A DNA stretch of 64,000 bases from Mayamaea pseudoterrestris (taxonomy: Eukaryota), in NCBI GenBank assembly GCA_027923505.1, contig BROI01000017.1:124001-188000 (forward strand), given 5' to 3'. Below the pieces are notes generated by a model. The model was not told where the DNA came from and made no database searches. It saw nothing but the letters and a program-made list of their open reading frames with translations. This document shows, piece after piece, positions 36,416 to 47,250 of the stretch. Made by a program: the position numbers and the translations under genes. Positions within the stretch are counted from its first letter, which is position 1. Each line of letters begins with the position of its first letter.

Positions 36416-39400
36416 ATGGATTCGTCATTGAGCTACAAGACTCCCAATGATCGCGGTCGCGCATTGCTTGAACAAGACTCGGAGAGTGAAACAGATTCCT
36501 ACCAAAGTCCTTCAGCCATTCACCCAATCAGTCATATTCGCGTCGTTGCTCGCATACGACCCATGAATCAGGAGGAAGCCAAGCGAGGCGGCAAGCGAAG
36601 TATACGCATTCAGGAAAGCGCAGCTACGGAGCCGCCCAGAGCTGAGACTGGAATCTTGTCGAGACTGCGCAGCTCATTTTCATCGCCGACGGCAACGCCG
36701 ACCAAGATGAAGGAGTCGGAGCATTGCTTGGACGAGGGCATTGTCCTGACCATGCATTGTAGCGACTCGAAGATTGGCTACAATAATTATTCTAGTAATC
36801 AGCAGCAGGAGCAGCAGCTGCTACCTCTACCGACGATTGTTGCTACGGAATCGTCGTCGGGTCATCGAGAGTTTGAAATGGACGCCGTCTTTGGTCCGCT
36901 TTCGACGCAGCAATTTGTTTATGAACATTCGCTACCAAACATGGCGGAACACTTGTTTCAGGGATACAATACGACCATTCTAGCCTATGGACAGACTGGA
37001 TCTGGAAAGGTGAGAGTGGCATGAGAGATGCGAGTGAATTGACGATGAAGATTCGGACTCACATTCATCCTCATAATCCCTATCATTTGCTGCGCACACG
37101 TTGCTACCGATAGACATTTACAATGGGAGGTCAAAAGGACGCGCGAACCCTCGCCGGCGACGACTACCTTGCTGCATCCAATAGCAGCCTTTTGGATTGC
37201 TCGGATGAGAATGACGGCATTATTCCTCGCGCTGTCCGCGACATTTTTCAATTCAAACACGACTATGAAGACCGGCAATTCTCAGTACAAGTCAAGCTTA
37301 GTTGCTTGGAAATTTATCAGGATGAGTTGCGCGACTTGCTACCGAATGCACCTGCTGGATCGACCACGGCCTTGAAGATGCAGGACCATGGCCATGGCGT
37401 GTCTATCCGCGGCCTGCAGACATGCAATGTTCACACAATGAGTCACATGCACAACTTGATGGAGCAGGCGACGCTGCGACGAACGACGGCGAGCACGCGA
37501 CTCAATGAACGATCAAGTCGATCGCATGCCGTTTGCACCGTGTCTATTACTGTAGCGCCTCCGTCCTCCTTAAACACGAAACGAGACGCGGTGGTGACGG
37601 CGAAACTGACGCTGGTTGACTTGGCTGGAAGTGAACGCATCAAGGATACTGGAGTAGTTGGAGTGCAGCAGCAAGAATCAATCAACATTAACAAGGACTT
37701 GTTTGTGCTAGGCAAGGTAGTGTCAGCGCTCTCGGACCGGGCCAAACGCGGCGGAGACACTGGCAGTCACATTCCTTATCGCGATTCAAAGCTTACAAGG
37801 CTTTTACGAGACTCACTCGGTGGAAATTGCCGGACAGTACTGATTGCTTGCGTCTCTCCAGCAGACGTCAATGCGGAAGAGTCGATTAATACCTTGCGAT
37901 ACGCTGAAAGGTCGCGGACAATTGCAAACGTTGTCAAGCAAAACCTGATCAAGGCGGTCGTTAGCCCATCAGAGCATGCGGCACTGCGCGCGGAGAATAA
38001 GAAGTTGCGAAACATGGTGCTTCATTTGAAGAAGGCCTTGGGTGGCGCCAACAAGGCCAGCGACGACATATTGGGCGATCAATTATCAGGTCTCCAGGAG
38101 AAGCTCAAGGCGGCCGAGTGCGAAGCAAAAATGGCTCGCGATCTGTCCGTCGCTGCAGTCGACCAAGCCAATCGAGCGAAAGCGCGCGAGTCTTGTGTTT
38201 CACCGCTCCTGACATACGAATTATCGATGAGTCACGCGGATGATGACGATTTGGAAAGTCTAATTGATGACACGGAGTCCCTTTGGAGTGTCGACGATGG
38301 TGCAAGACAAGATGCTTCGCTCTTACAAAACCAAATCGCTTTACTCAAAGACGAAAAGAAACTTTTGGCAGATGAGCTTTGTAAACTGTCAAAGGAAGTT
38401 GCCGCCAAGCAGTCGTACTTGTCAGAACTGCGAACGAACGTCCATACGGAAGTGCAAAAACGTGATACAGATGCTGCACTTATAGGCATGGCCTGTCAGA
38501 TGAATGCTCATGAGCTTGTGGAGTCTCATGAGAAGAGACATCAAGACAATGACTTGAATGGCCTAGTGCAAGAGCTTCGTTGCGAACTGCGAGCGTCTCA
38601 AGCTACGAACGATCGACTTGAGCTACATAATGCCGATCTCCAACGAGAGTTGGCACAACTTCGGGATCATTGCAAGCAGGAGTCGTTGAAACTTGAGATT
38701 AGTCAGATTGAGCGGAGAATCGAGCAAATGCAAGGGTCCAAATTGGTGCCTCCAGCTGAATCTTCTCGTTCGCCAGGTAATGTGTTACAAGACGCCATTG
38801 GCGAGACGAATAAGCCTGATGAAGCAATTTCTGCGACGCCTACTACGAGCATCAAGAAACGATTTCTCTCTGCCAACTGCGAGGAAGAAAAGAAAAGCGA
38901 AGATCTGACATTTATCGAAAACAATAATCCGCTGCAGCCGCTGCTCGATGAACTGTCCACATGTTCCTGCGAGTTACCTTACAATGATGGCGAGGATGAA
39001 TCGTACATTCTTTCTAAAAGTGCGTCGCCTGCGGAGCATCTTGATGTTGCTGTTGTGCCGAGTGAATCTATGAAGGATGTAGTCAATGGGTCGTCGAATG
39101 AGATTAAACAAAAGGCTGAGGAGATACTTGATGCTGCAGAACGTATCTTTCTTGACGGTAGCAGCCGTGCGAGTGTGGCGGCATCCGCCGTGTCGTCGAC
39201 TGGGACATTTTTTCTTCCAGGAAATGGTCGCGATGACTCGCAAGAATCGAATGGAAAAATTATTATCAGCAACATTGGTGTTGCCGATCAATGCACCTGC
39301 GAAGACTCCTTGTTTGGTGTCCGAAAGGATCATGTCGAGTTTTACCTTCCCGAGCTTGGCGTCGCTTGCAGCTGTGGCAGAGGCAAACCTGCTAATGCTC

Positions 39401-39774
39401 TGAAGGGCGATCCTTTCTCGCTATCCAACATTTTGCGAACATGGCAGTGCGACTTTCTTGCGTCAATTGGCATTTACGGCGCAAAAGAGTATGTTAAAGC
39501 CTTCAAGGAGCGAGGGCATGGCATTGCCGCTGACATGCGGCGATGGAGACGAACCAATGGCTTTCTTTCCGTCAAGACCAAGTCGTGCGTCATTGCTCTC
39601 CACATTTGGTCAAAAACGTGTCGAACTGTGGTTCAGTCGGTCCGCGAACAACGAGCTCGGGGAGTCGCGAAACCTGAGCGGCCAGACTTTCTACAAATCG
39701 CCATTAGCCATGACGCTGCATCGGTGTCAACCATGGGCTTTGGGTCGGTTGTCAACGCCAGGGCTGAAATCTAA
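36416..39774 (+). CDS. Kinesin (N-terminal motor, kinesin-4-like); exons 36416-37009 and 37114-39774
   Basis: IRVVARIRP; the P-loop AYGQTGSGK|TFTMG is restored by intron 37010-37113; NERSSRSHA, LVDLAGSER, HIPYRDSKLTRLL; coiled-coil stalk. Confidence 0.95.
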
Positions 39775-39801
39775 AATGCACACTAATTATATGTATGATA
39801 G

Positions 39802-41100
39802 CTAGTTTTTAAACTTACGTATTTCCTCTGCTAAATCCGGACAATGGCATTGCATCCGCGAGTAAAGATCGTTGGCCATTTCCGGTTCAGCGTCAACCAT
39901 TGCCTGCCAGAGCCTTTCAATGGAAGGTTGCGCTGTTGCGTAGTTGTGTGTAATCGCTACACTAGTCTCAAGGTTTAACACTAAATGCGGCCAGCCCGCA
40001 GGAACGTAGACTGTTTCGCCTGGTCGCTGTAACACTTCCACTGCATCTAAATGCTCTGGCTTGACTTTATCGTAGTATTCGCGGAACCATATAGCCGATG
40101 GAATTGCTGGGTCCTGCATGCTAATTGACGCTTGATCGGTACCATACGGAAACAGTACCCATCGCTTGAGGCCTTGCACAAGCGTCACCCAAGCGTGGGT
40201 ACCAACTGGGTCAATGTGCAAGCCAGTTCCAGATCGAGCTGGTCCAATGAGTATCCATCGAAATGGTGGTCGCTGGTCGTCAGGCAAAAGGTCAAACAAG
40301 TCGGACCGAAAACAAGTCGGCACTGAATATTCGTCAAGCAAACAAACTCGTTCATCATTGGCAAACTGCGAGTCATAGACTGCCAATGGTGCATCGTCCA
40401 GTCTGCCTTCCCATTGAATGTATTTGTAGTAGGTGCTCAAGGTCATGGTTTCGGCGTGCGTATCGGAAAATCTCCACTGCAAGTCTCCAAATCGCTGCAC
40501 CAAACGTTCCAATGTACACGTTTCCATGGCAGACCAGTCTTTAGTGCAGCCGTGAATAATAGCGGGCAAGTTATCTCGCTCAAACCACGGTGACGAAGAA
40601 TGCAAAGTAAATTGTGTCTTGCTACATGTTTCGTTCACTTTGTCAAGATGTGTTGCAATGGCTGTACGTAAAGGCGGCTCCAAAAGTTTCGCTCGCAACT
40701 CCTTCCACTGACTAGCCGCTCCCGATGAAATGATCGGAAGCTGCCGTTCTCGTCGCAGCAAGGTGCATCCATAGCCAACGTTCAAAAGTGCTCGCGTGGG
40801 AGAATCCTTCGACAAGGCAGCTGCAAGGCCATGCGTTCGCCAGTTTAGCAAATCGCAGCCATCAGTTAGCGGGAGCACACATTCCTCTTCACCTTCTGTT
40901 TTGCATGAATCGCCTTGATCACATTTAAATTCCTTATCTTTATCGGATTGGTGGGCGTGTTCGGTCTTCGTTCGCTCTAGCAACTCTGGTCGTTCAACTC
41001 TTTTCACCACCCAAACGTCATAGCGCTCATCAGGTGACAAGAAAATGTCTCTTGCTGCGCGAAAGTTTGATTCTGTACTGCTGCACTCGCCTTTGCTCAT
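39802..41100 (-). CDS. JmjC-domain 2-oxoglutarate oxygenase (JMJD6-like)
   Basis: PPFRWILIGPARSGTGLHIDP, KRWVLFP, QRPGETVYVPAGWPHLVLNLE (HxD...H triad). Likely ATG at 41100. Confidence 0.9.
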   Translation of the reverse strand: MSKGECSSTESNFRAARDIFLSPDERYDVWVVKRVERPELLERTKTEHAHQSDKDKEFKCDQGDSCKTEGEEECVLPLTDGCDLLNWRTHGLAAALSKDSPTRALLNVGYGCTLLRRERQLPIISSGAASQWKELRAKLLEPPLRTAIATHLDKVNETCSKTQFTLHSSSPWFERDNLPAIIHGCTKDWSAMETCTLERLVQRFGDLQWRFSDTHAETMTLSTYYKYIQWEGRLDDAPLAVYDSQFANDERVCLLDEYSVPTCFRSDLFDLLPDDQRPPFRWILIGPARSGTGLHIDPVGTHAWVTLVQGLKRWVLFPYGTDQASISMQDPAIPSAIWFREYYDKVKPEHLDAVEVLQRPGETVYVPAGWPHLVLNLETSVAITHNYATAQPSIERLWQAMVDAEPEMANDLYSRMQCHCPDLAEEIRKFKN

Positions 41101-41324
41101 GGTACAGTCAATGAAACGTACTACGGTTGCCAAAGAAAAATGAGGCGATTGATGATGGGCGAGCGACGCATGTCGCATGCGACAGCTTTGAGTCTCGTTG
41201 CGACTTTTGCATCAGGATCATCCTCACCGATTCGATGCGCTGTCGTCCATCGGCCACTTTTTGTCTTCCAAAAGATTCCATTTCTGGCCGTCTTGTCTCT
41301 TTCATCTCTGCTCCATCAAGACGA

Positions 41325-42506
41325 ATGATGCAAATGAGATTTCTCATCATTGCCTTGTCTGCTACAGTGACAGCAGCATGGACGAATCAAAGGATATCAA
41401 GGACGCAGCAGCAGCAGCACATCGGCAGCACTCGCCTTAACATGGCTACTACCCTTCCGTCCAAAGTCAAACAGACGGTGAATCGAGTCAAGGAAAGTCT
41501 TACTAGTCAGGAACGAACCGATAAGGACTTGAAAATTGGTATTGCTGGTTTCTACGATCGATCCTCCAAGCTTTGGGAAGGTGCGCTGAAGCAACGGAAG
41601 TTCAGGGAGCGTGCCCCTTCATACACATATCGTAAACTCATTCCCTTCTGTCTATATCATTCAGACGTATGGGGCGAGCATATGCATCATGGCTACTATG
41701 TTCCATCCGATCGCGTTGACCACCAGCAGGCGCAGATTGACTTGATCGACGAAGTTTTGAAATGGGCCGACGTCAAGTCCATTCGCAACATGGTCGACGT
41801 TGGATGCGGCATTGGCGGATCGTCCCGACACATTGCTCGCGAGTTTGGTTGCAGCACCAAGGGAATTACGTTGAGTCCATACCAAGCGAATCGCGCCAAT
41901 GAACTCGCCGTGACGCAAAACGTTGCCGACAAGTGCTCCTTCCAAGTCGCCGATGCATTGGACATGCCCTTTCGCGACAATTCGTTTGACCTTGTTTGGA
42001 GTCTGGAGAGTGGCGAGCACATGCCCAACAAGGCTACCTTTGTCAAGGAACTCTTTCGCGTCGCCCAGCCGGGTGGACGCATACTCATTGTCACCTGGTG
42101 CCACCGCGACTTGGCGCAGGGTGAAACTGGATTGACGCGAAGCGAGGAAAAGCTACTGCGCAAAATCAATCGAGCCTACTACTTGCCGCGATGGTGTAGT
42201 GTCATAGATTACGTTGATTTGTTGACGCAAGTGGGAGCCAAAGATGTTCGGACGGAAGACTGGAGTTACATTATCGCTCCGTTTTGGAAGGCTGTCATCC
42301 GATCGTCGTTGAACGTTAAATCTGTGTGGGGATTGCTCAAGTCGGGTTTCAGTACGCAACGAGGAGCCTATGCCATGTTGCTCATGCTGCGAGGGTTCAA
42401 CAAGGGACTCATCAAGTTTGGTCTCATTACATGTGTCAAGCCGGAGGCGAATGATTCATTCAATAAAACGTCGGACGCCGTTCGATCCATTGCGGATATT
42501 CAATAA
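41325..42506 (+). CDS. VTE4: Gamma-tocopherol methyltransferase, plastid-type; in-frame intron 41581-41664
   Basis: GIAGFYDRSSKLWE|DVWGEHMHHGYY after splicing; VDVGCGIGGSSR, FDLVWSLESGEHM, VTWCHR; signal peptide ...VTAAW. Confidence 0.93.
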   Translation: MMQMRFLIIALSATVTAAWTNQRISRTQQQQHIGSTRLNMATTLPSKVKQTVNRVKESLTSQERTDKDLKIGIAGFYDRSSKLWEGALKQRKFRERAPSYTYRKLIPFCLYHSDVWGEHMHHGYYVPSDRVDHQQAQIDLIDEVLKWADVKSIRNMVDVGCGIGGSSRHIAREFGCSTKGITLSPYQANRANELAVTQNVADKCSFQVADALDMPFRDNSFDLVWSLESGEHMPNKATFVKELFRVAQPGGRILIVTWCHRDLAQGETGLTRSEEKLLRKINRAYYLPRWCSVIDYVDLLTQVGAKDVRTEDWSYIIAPFWKAVIRSSLNVKSVWGLLKSGFSTQRGAYAMLLMLRGFNKGLIKFGLITCVKPEANDSFNKTSDAVRSIADIQ

Positions 42507-42874
42507 GGGTGATTGTATACTACGGCTACATCTGATTCCGTTTGCTACGCGGTAAAGAAGTATCAGTGCGAGTATGTACAGAAACGCTACATAAGACACG
42601 AAAGTACTGTAAAATATTGTTCGCGTAGCCGTGTTGTTGTTATTATGAATCATATGTGGACTTTGGCACCTTCTAGAACCAGTGCTTTTGGTTACAGCCG
42701 TCTCGAATGGCTGCTTTCGAAGAAAGAAATGGTTTAACTTGGCCTTGTCTACACTGCATAGCCAGGATGACCGCTCATTTTGAACAGGGCCATGCTGTGA
42801 CCATTTTTTTAACATATCGGTAAAGCAGAAAGCTTTGTTGCTGCGTCACGACAGAACAAGTCCAGGTTTGTCGA

Positions 42875-44311
42875 TTAGGTAAAGAGCTTGCTGCTGACCG
42901 CAAGCGAGAGTGAGCCACCAACCAGTAGAAGCATCTGAAGCAACGACATGCCGACGCCAAAGATGCGCCCAATGACGTCTCGTCGGAGTTTCTCCACATC
43001 TTCCGATAGTGCATCCATGTCACCTGCACACAAGGAAGGATATTATTGCGTTAGTACAATAGCCTTCAGCTTAAGCAAACAAAATGTTTTCACTTTTAAC
43101 CTACCAGTATTCCAAATGACAATATCAGCCCGTTTCAACTTTTCTTCCATTGGCATTTGACTATTGATACGATGCCAGCACTCTTGCAAGCTGATATCAG
43201 GATTGCGCTTGCGAAGGCGTTCGAATTGAAGTTCTTTGGGGGCCGCCACACAGATTGTCAGTGCAAACAATCGACGAAGTTGGCCGCTCTCAAATAACAA
43301 TGGTATATCGGCACAGATAATGTCCTTGGAGCCGACAAAAACGCCACGAGCAATTTTTCGCAACAGTAGAAACAAGATCCGAGGATGGGTCAATCGGTTC
43401 AGCTGCAGTCGCAGCGAGTGGTCTTGAAAGATGACAGCCCCGAGTTTGCGTCGATCAATCATGCCGTATTCGTCAAGAATGTCATGATTTTCAAAGACTT
43501 GGACAATTTGCTCGTATAATGAATACTCTGGTGGTGTAGTGTAAGGTAATTCGACATCGGGCGCCGGATCGTCTCCTTTCAGGACCGACGGCGGGAGAAG
43601 CACTTCATGTGCAATTCGATCCACATCAATCACGTCAAAGCTTCCTTCGTCGTCCCCTTCCACAAAAGAGGACAAACCGCTCGCGGTCCCGCTTCCCGAC
43701 ATGGAGCCTAATGTGTTTCCACTGCTACCTGTCGTGCTCTTTTGCTTCTTTCTCCGACTACTTTTCTGTGCGTAGAGTCGTTTGGGATCTTGCAAAAGTT
43801 GCGCAACTGTTGTTTTTCCCGATGCGATTCCTCCCGTAAGAGCAATTGGAACGAAGGCTTCACCAAGATAGACACCGACACACATGAAAATCAAGCGAAT
43901 CGTCAAAAGTGTGCCGACTGCGTCCGTGGTTAACAATGCCTCTCTACCAAGGTTTGGTGGGCATTGAAAGCCCCAAGTTTGACTCAACCACGCAATGTAG
44001 GACATGTCGTTTTGCATCGGTTGATCCATCGGTAGGCATTGGAGCGACGGCAACAGTATCTCGAGAAAAATATCTCCAACTATCGTTATCAGCATTGTCG
44101 TGTAAATGTCGCTCCGTATGAATGGAATCGACTTGGCAGCAATCCGGATCGTCATGGCTGCGAGAATCATGCTCAATGGAAAGACGAGAAAGATATTCAT
44201 AGCAATCTCTTCAACTACCAATGCTTTGTCCAACTGACGCGTCCCAAAGGCAAACACATTGCGAGACAACGGTCTGCCGACTAGTGCCTGAACGGTCGAT
44301 AGAAATACCAT
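42875..44311 (-). CDS. Dephospho-CoA kinase with a membrane-spanning N-terminal extension; exons 44311-43105 and 43023-42875
   Basis: IALTGGIASGKTT, VIDVDRIAH, IDRRKLGAVIF, LNRLTHPRI, DIPLLFE, RINSQMP. An 81-bp GT..AG intron (43104-43024) adds GDMDALSEDV...LLLVGGSLSLAVSSKLFT*. Confidence 0.9.
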
Positions 44312-44836
44312 GGTGAATCTATTCGAACAAAAAATGATCGGTCGCTGGGTCGCCGAGAAAGATGAAGCGCATGTCGCACCGAATTCCCGCATGCGTCATC
44401 ACTCCTCGGCGCGCGTGATCCACTTCTAATCGTGTTGATGTCGTCGACCAAGGCAGGCGTCCCTTGAAGTTGACTCGTTTGACGAGACTTGATTGGCCGT
44501 TGAATTTTCTTTGCTGCGGGAGTGCAGTTCTTTATGGCCCAGAGAGAGGTCGCAATTCCGAGTTGAACAGCTACACAGTGACCGCATGGGCAGTTGAAGC
44601 TCATTTACTGCTATTGAAAGACAGCTAAATTGATCGCTACACATTCTTGCGGTTCGTTTCGCGGATTCGACACTTGCGATACTCCGACGATCCAAGACCG
44701 GCGTTCGTGCTCCAAATCTTGCTTCGTTTTGATTGGCTCGTCGCAAACGAGCGTGAAGAGCAAGCAAAAAGGGCCGCACTTCCCCATGACTCTTCACTTT
44801 TTTAAAAACCAGCCATCCACCAAGCACGTTTACACC

Positions 44837-45730
44837 ATGACAATTTCCAAACAACTTACCAGCAATTCTGCTTGCCACCGTTCTCGGCCATGCCAATCAA
44901 TTGAAACCGTGCGATTAGCTACTGTACTTGCGACGCTTGTCATGGCTCTCGTACCAGACTCGGCGTTGGCATTTTCAGGCGTCACTCGTTCCACCTCCAA
45001 GCAGGCTTGTGTTTTTACGGCTTTGACCCGCTCGGCGGTTCGCGACGCTGCCTCCGAGCAATACAGTCAGGACTCGCGCTGGTGGAAACCATCTGCTACC
45101 ACCACTACTGATGTTCAGGACGACAGCTCCAGCGTTGATGATTATCTTCGTTTTCTGGAGCGTCGCTACACGAGACTTTATGAGGACGAACCGGAAGCCG
45201 CGGCCAAGTCGTTCAACGTCATGGACTGGCTCAAGCAGGGAGAGGCGGATCACAAGGAACTACAGGACAATCACGATGCTTTCTATGCCTTGGGTGTTGC
45301 CGGCCTCGCTGGAAAGGAAATGCTGCAGACACATGATGGCCATCAAATGGCTCCCTCCAATATTGCTGCTCGAAACATGGAGCCTACTTTGCCAACTGAC
45401 CAAACTACCTCTATTACTGACAGCCAAGTCAGCATGAAGGACAAGACTGTGAGTCGACATGTTCGCTCTTCGGCTTTGGCTGCCGCCGTGTCGGTTCTCA
45501 TGAGTCGGGTTTTGCAGCAACGACGTTTCTTGTTGCAGCTGCAGACGCGTCGCGCGCATGCTCTCCTAGTTGCAGTCGCCAAGACTATCAAGACTGCGCC
45601 GAAAACATTGGCCAAGCAACTGTGGAACTTGGGAGGTGGCAAGCAAAATGTCATTGCGACTCTCTCCGTTGTTGCGGCCGTTACGTTAATGGCTCTCCAC
45701 CTGGTGGTCAAGGAAGGTCTTGGAGCATAG
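44837..45730 (+). CDS. Hypothetical protein, probably plastid-targeted, with a C-terminal hydrophobic segment
   Basis: Long ORF; hydrophobic LATVLATLVMALVPDSALA followed by F (ASAF-like). The true start or an upstream intron is unresolved. Confidence 0.6.
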   Translation: MTISKQLTSNSACHRSRPCQSIETVRLATVLATLVMALVPDSALAFSGVTRSTSKQACVFTALTRSAVRDAASEQYSQDSRWWKPSATTTTDVQDDSSSVDDYLRFLERRYTRLYEDEPEAAAKSFNVMDWLKQGEADHKELQDNHDAFYALGVAGLAGKEMLQTHDGHQMAPSNIAARNMEPTLPTDQTTSITDSQVSMKDKTVSRHVRSSALAAAVSVLMSRVLQQRRFLLQLQTRRAHALLVAVAKTIKTAPKTLAKQLWNLGGGKQNVIATLSVVAAVTLMALHLVVKEGLGA

Positions 45731-47250
45731 TTTCGACCCTACTTTGATCGTTGGCCGCAAAGTACTTTGTGCGGCAATGAGCCACTGGGCATTTGTGTTA
45801 CATGTGATGTGTGGAATGTGCACGTGAATCCATTTTATACAAGAGCCGAGCGACTGTATTAGTCGCCGGATACAACAAGATACAAGACAAGATACAAGAT
45901 ACGACAAACTACAATAGAAAACTGCATACAAATTACAACAATGATTGATCGAAACAAGGAATGGAAGGCCGCTCTAAGCTACTACGGTTGGCGCTTGGAG
46001 AGGCTGAGTACGGGGGCCCAACTACTCGCGTCCTTGCATTTTTTCGATTACTAATCTTTATAATAGATACATTCTTAACAATAATTATTGGTACTAGATA
46101 TGAAGCGCAGTACGCTGCATCAGCAGCACCAAGATGGTCCCGCCGACTCGTGGGAGCCAAGTCACTAAGGAACTATTGGCTCCTGCAATTTCGGCGAGGC
46201 GGCGGCTGGAGGTCATCGGATCTTTGTCGGCGTGACTAAATTGCTAGCACAACGGTCCATGTGCAACCTGAATTCGTCGTTCCAATGGGACGCAGCAAGT
46301 TCTTTCGTCCACTATTAGATTGCATTGGTCTTGCGCATCATAGGTGCGCAGTGTTGCTCAAGGTAGAAACTGGCGTTGAATGACTATCTTGGGAACAAAA
46401 ACTAAATATCCAGCCACAGATTCTTCCGCTTACTACACAAAGACGGCGTTTGCTAAAACTTGGGTAGCTATGTGTAGCAACCCAAGCACCCCCGCTGGGC
46501 TAGCAGAGCAGGGCTAGATCCGCGCTAGAGAGCGGGATGCTTGCCAGCTGCAGTGTGCTGCTGCTGAACCCAGGGATGGGCTAGGGTGGGAACTTTAATC
46601 TATCTTACAGTCCTCGAACAAGAGCTTCGAGGCAAACAGACCAAAAGAATGACAAGCAAGCCGCAAGCTTGCTTCGCAATCCTTGGAGAGGACCCATGAC
46701 CTCTGGAACCAATGCGCCAATGCCGTCATCCGATGACGTCATCGTTGGCCAATCAAATCACCGCTTTCCTCCGGCTCTCCAGAATCCCACATTACGGAGC
46801 GAGGTCTTTCACTCAATGCTTCAGGTTACGAACACTGTCCTAACTACTCCTCTTTGTGTGAAGCAGATTTAACTACTAATAAGATACTAAACCAGCGTAC
46901 CTATTAAGTTGAGACTCTCATTGCGCCCGAATAACGTTGTCTTTGTACTCGGTACCAGTATCATAGCTAATGAGACTGCATTTTGACGGGCACGCGCCGA
47001 AATATCAGTTTTTGATTGACACGACCCCTTTATGACCACTCCAACGCCGATCGATTATCAAAATGACTGGGCGCTCGGAACGCTGTCGAACTCCCAATGA
47101 CGAAAGAAGACGCGCTCACTCACGACACATCATTGTTCTATTTGCGCGAAAACGATGCGTCAAAGACAGAGTCAACATCATCCTCTCTTTGGAGACGGAA
47201 CATTTCTCCACTTGACGCGCTGTGATTGAGTTCTACTACAATCTCCAAGC

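Noticed and set aside
45870..45905. Short (ACAAGAT)-like repeats after the hypothetical gene
   Set aside because: Ordinary 3' microsatellite-like sequence with no sign of function.
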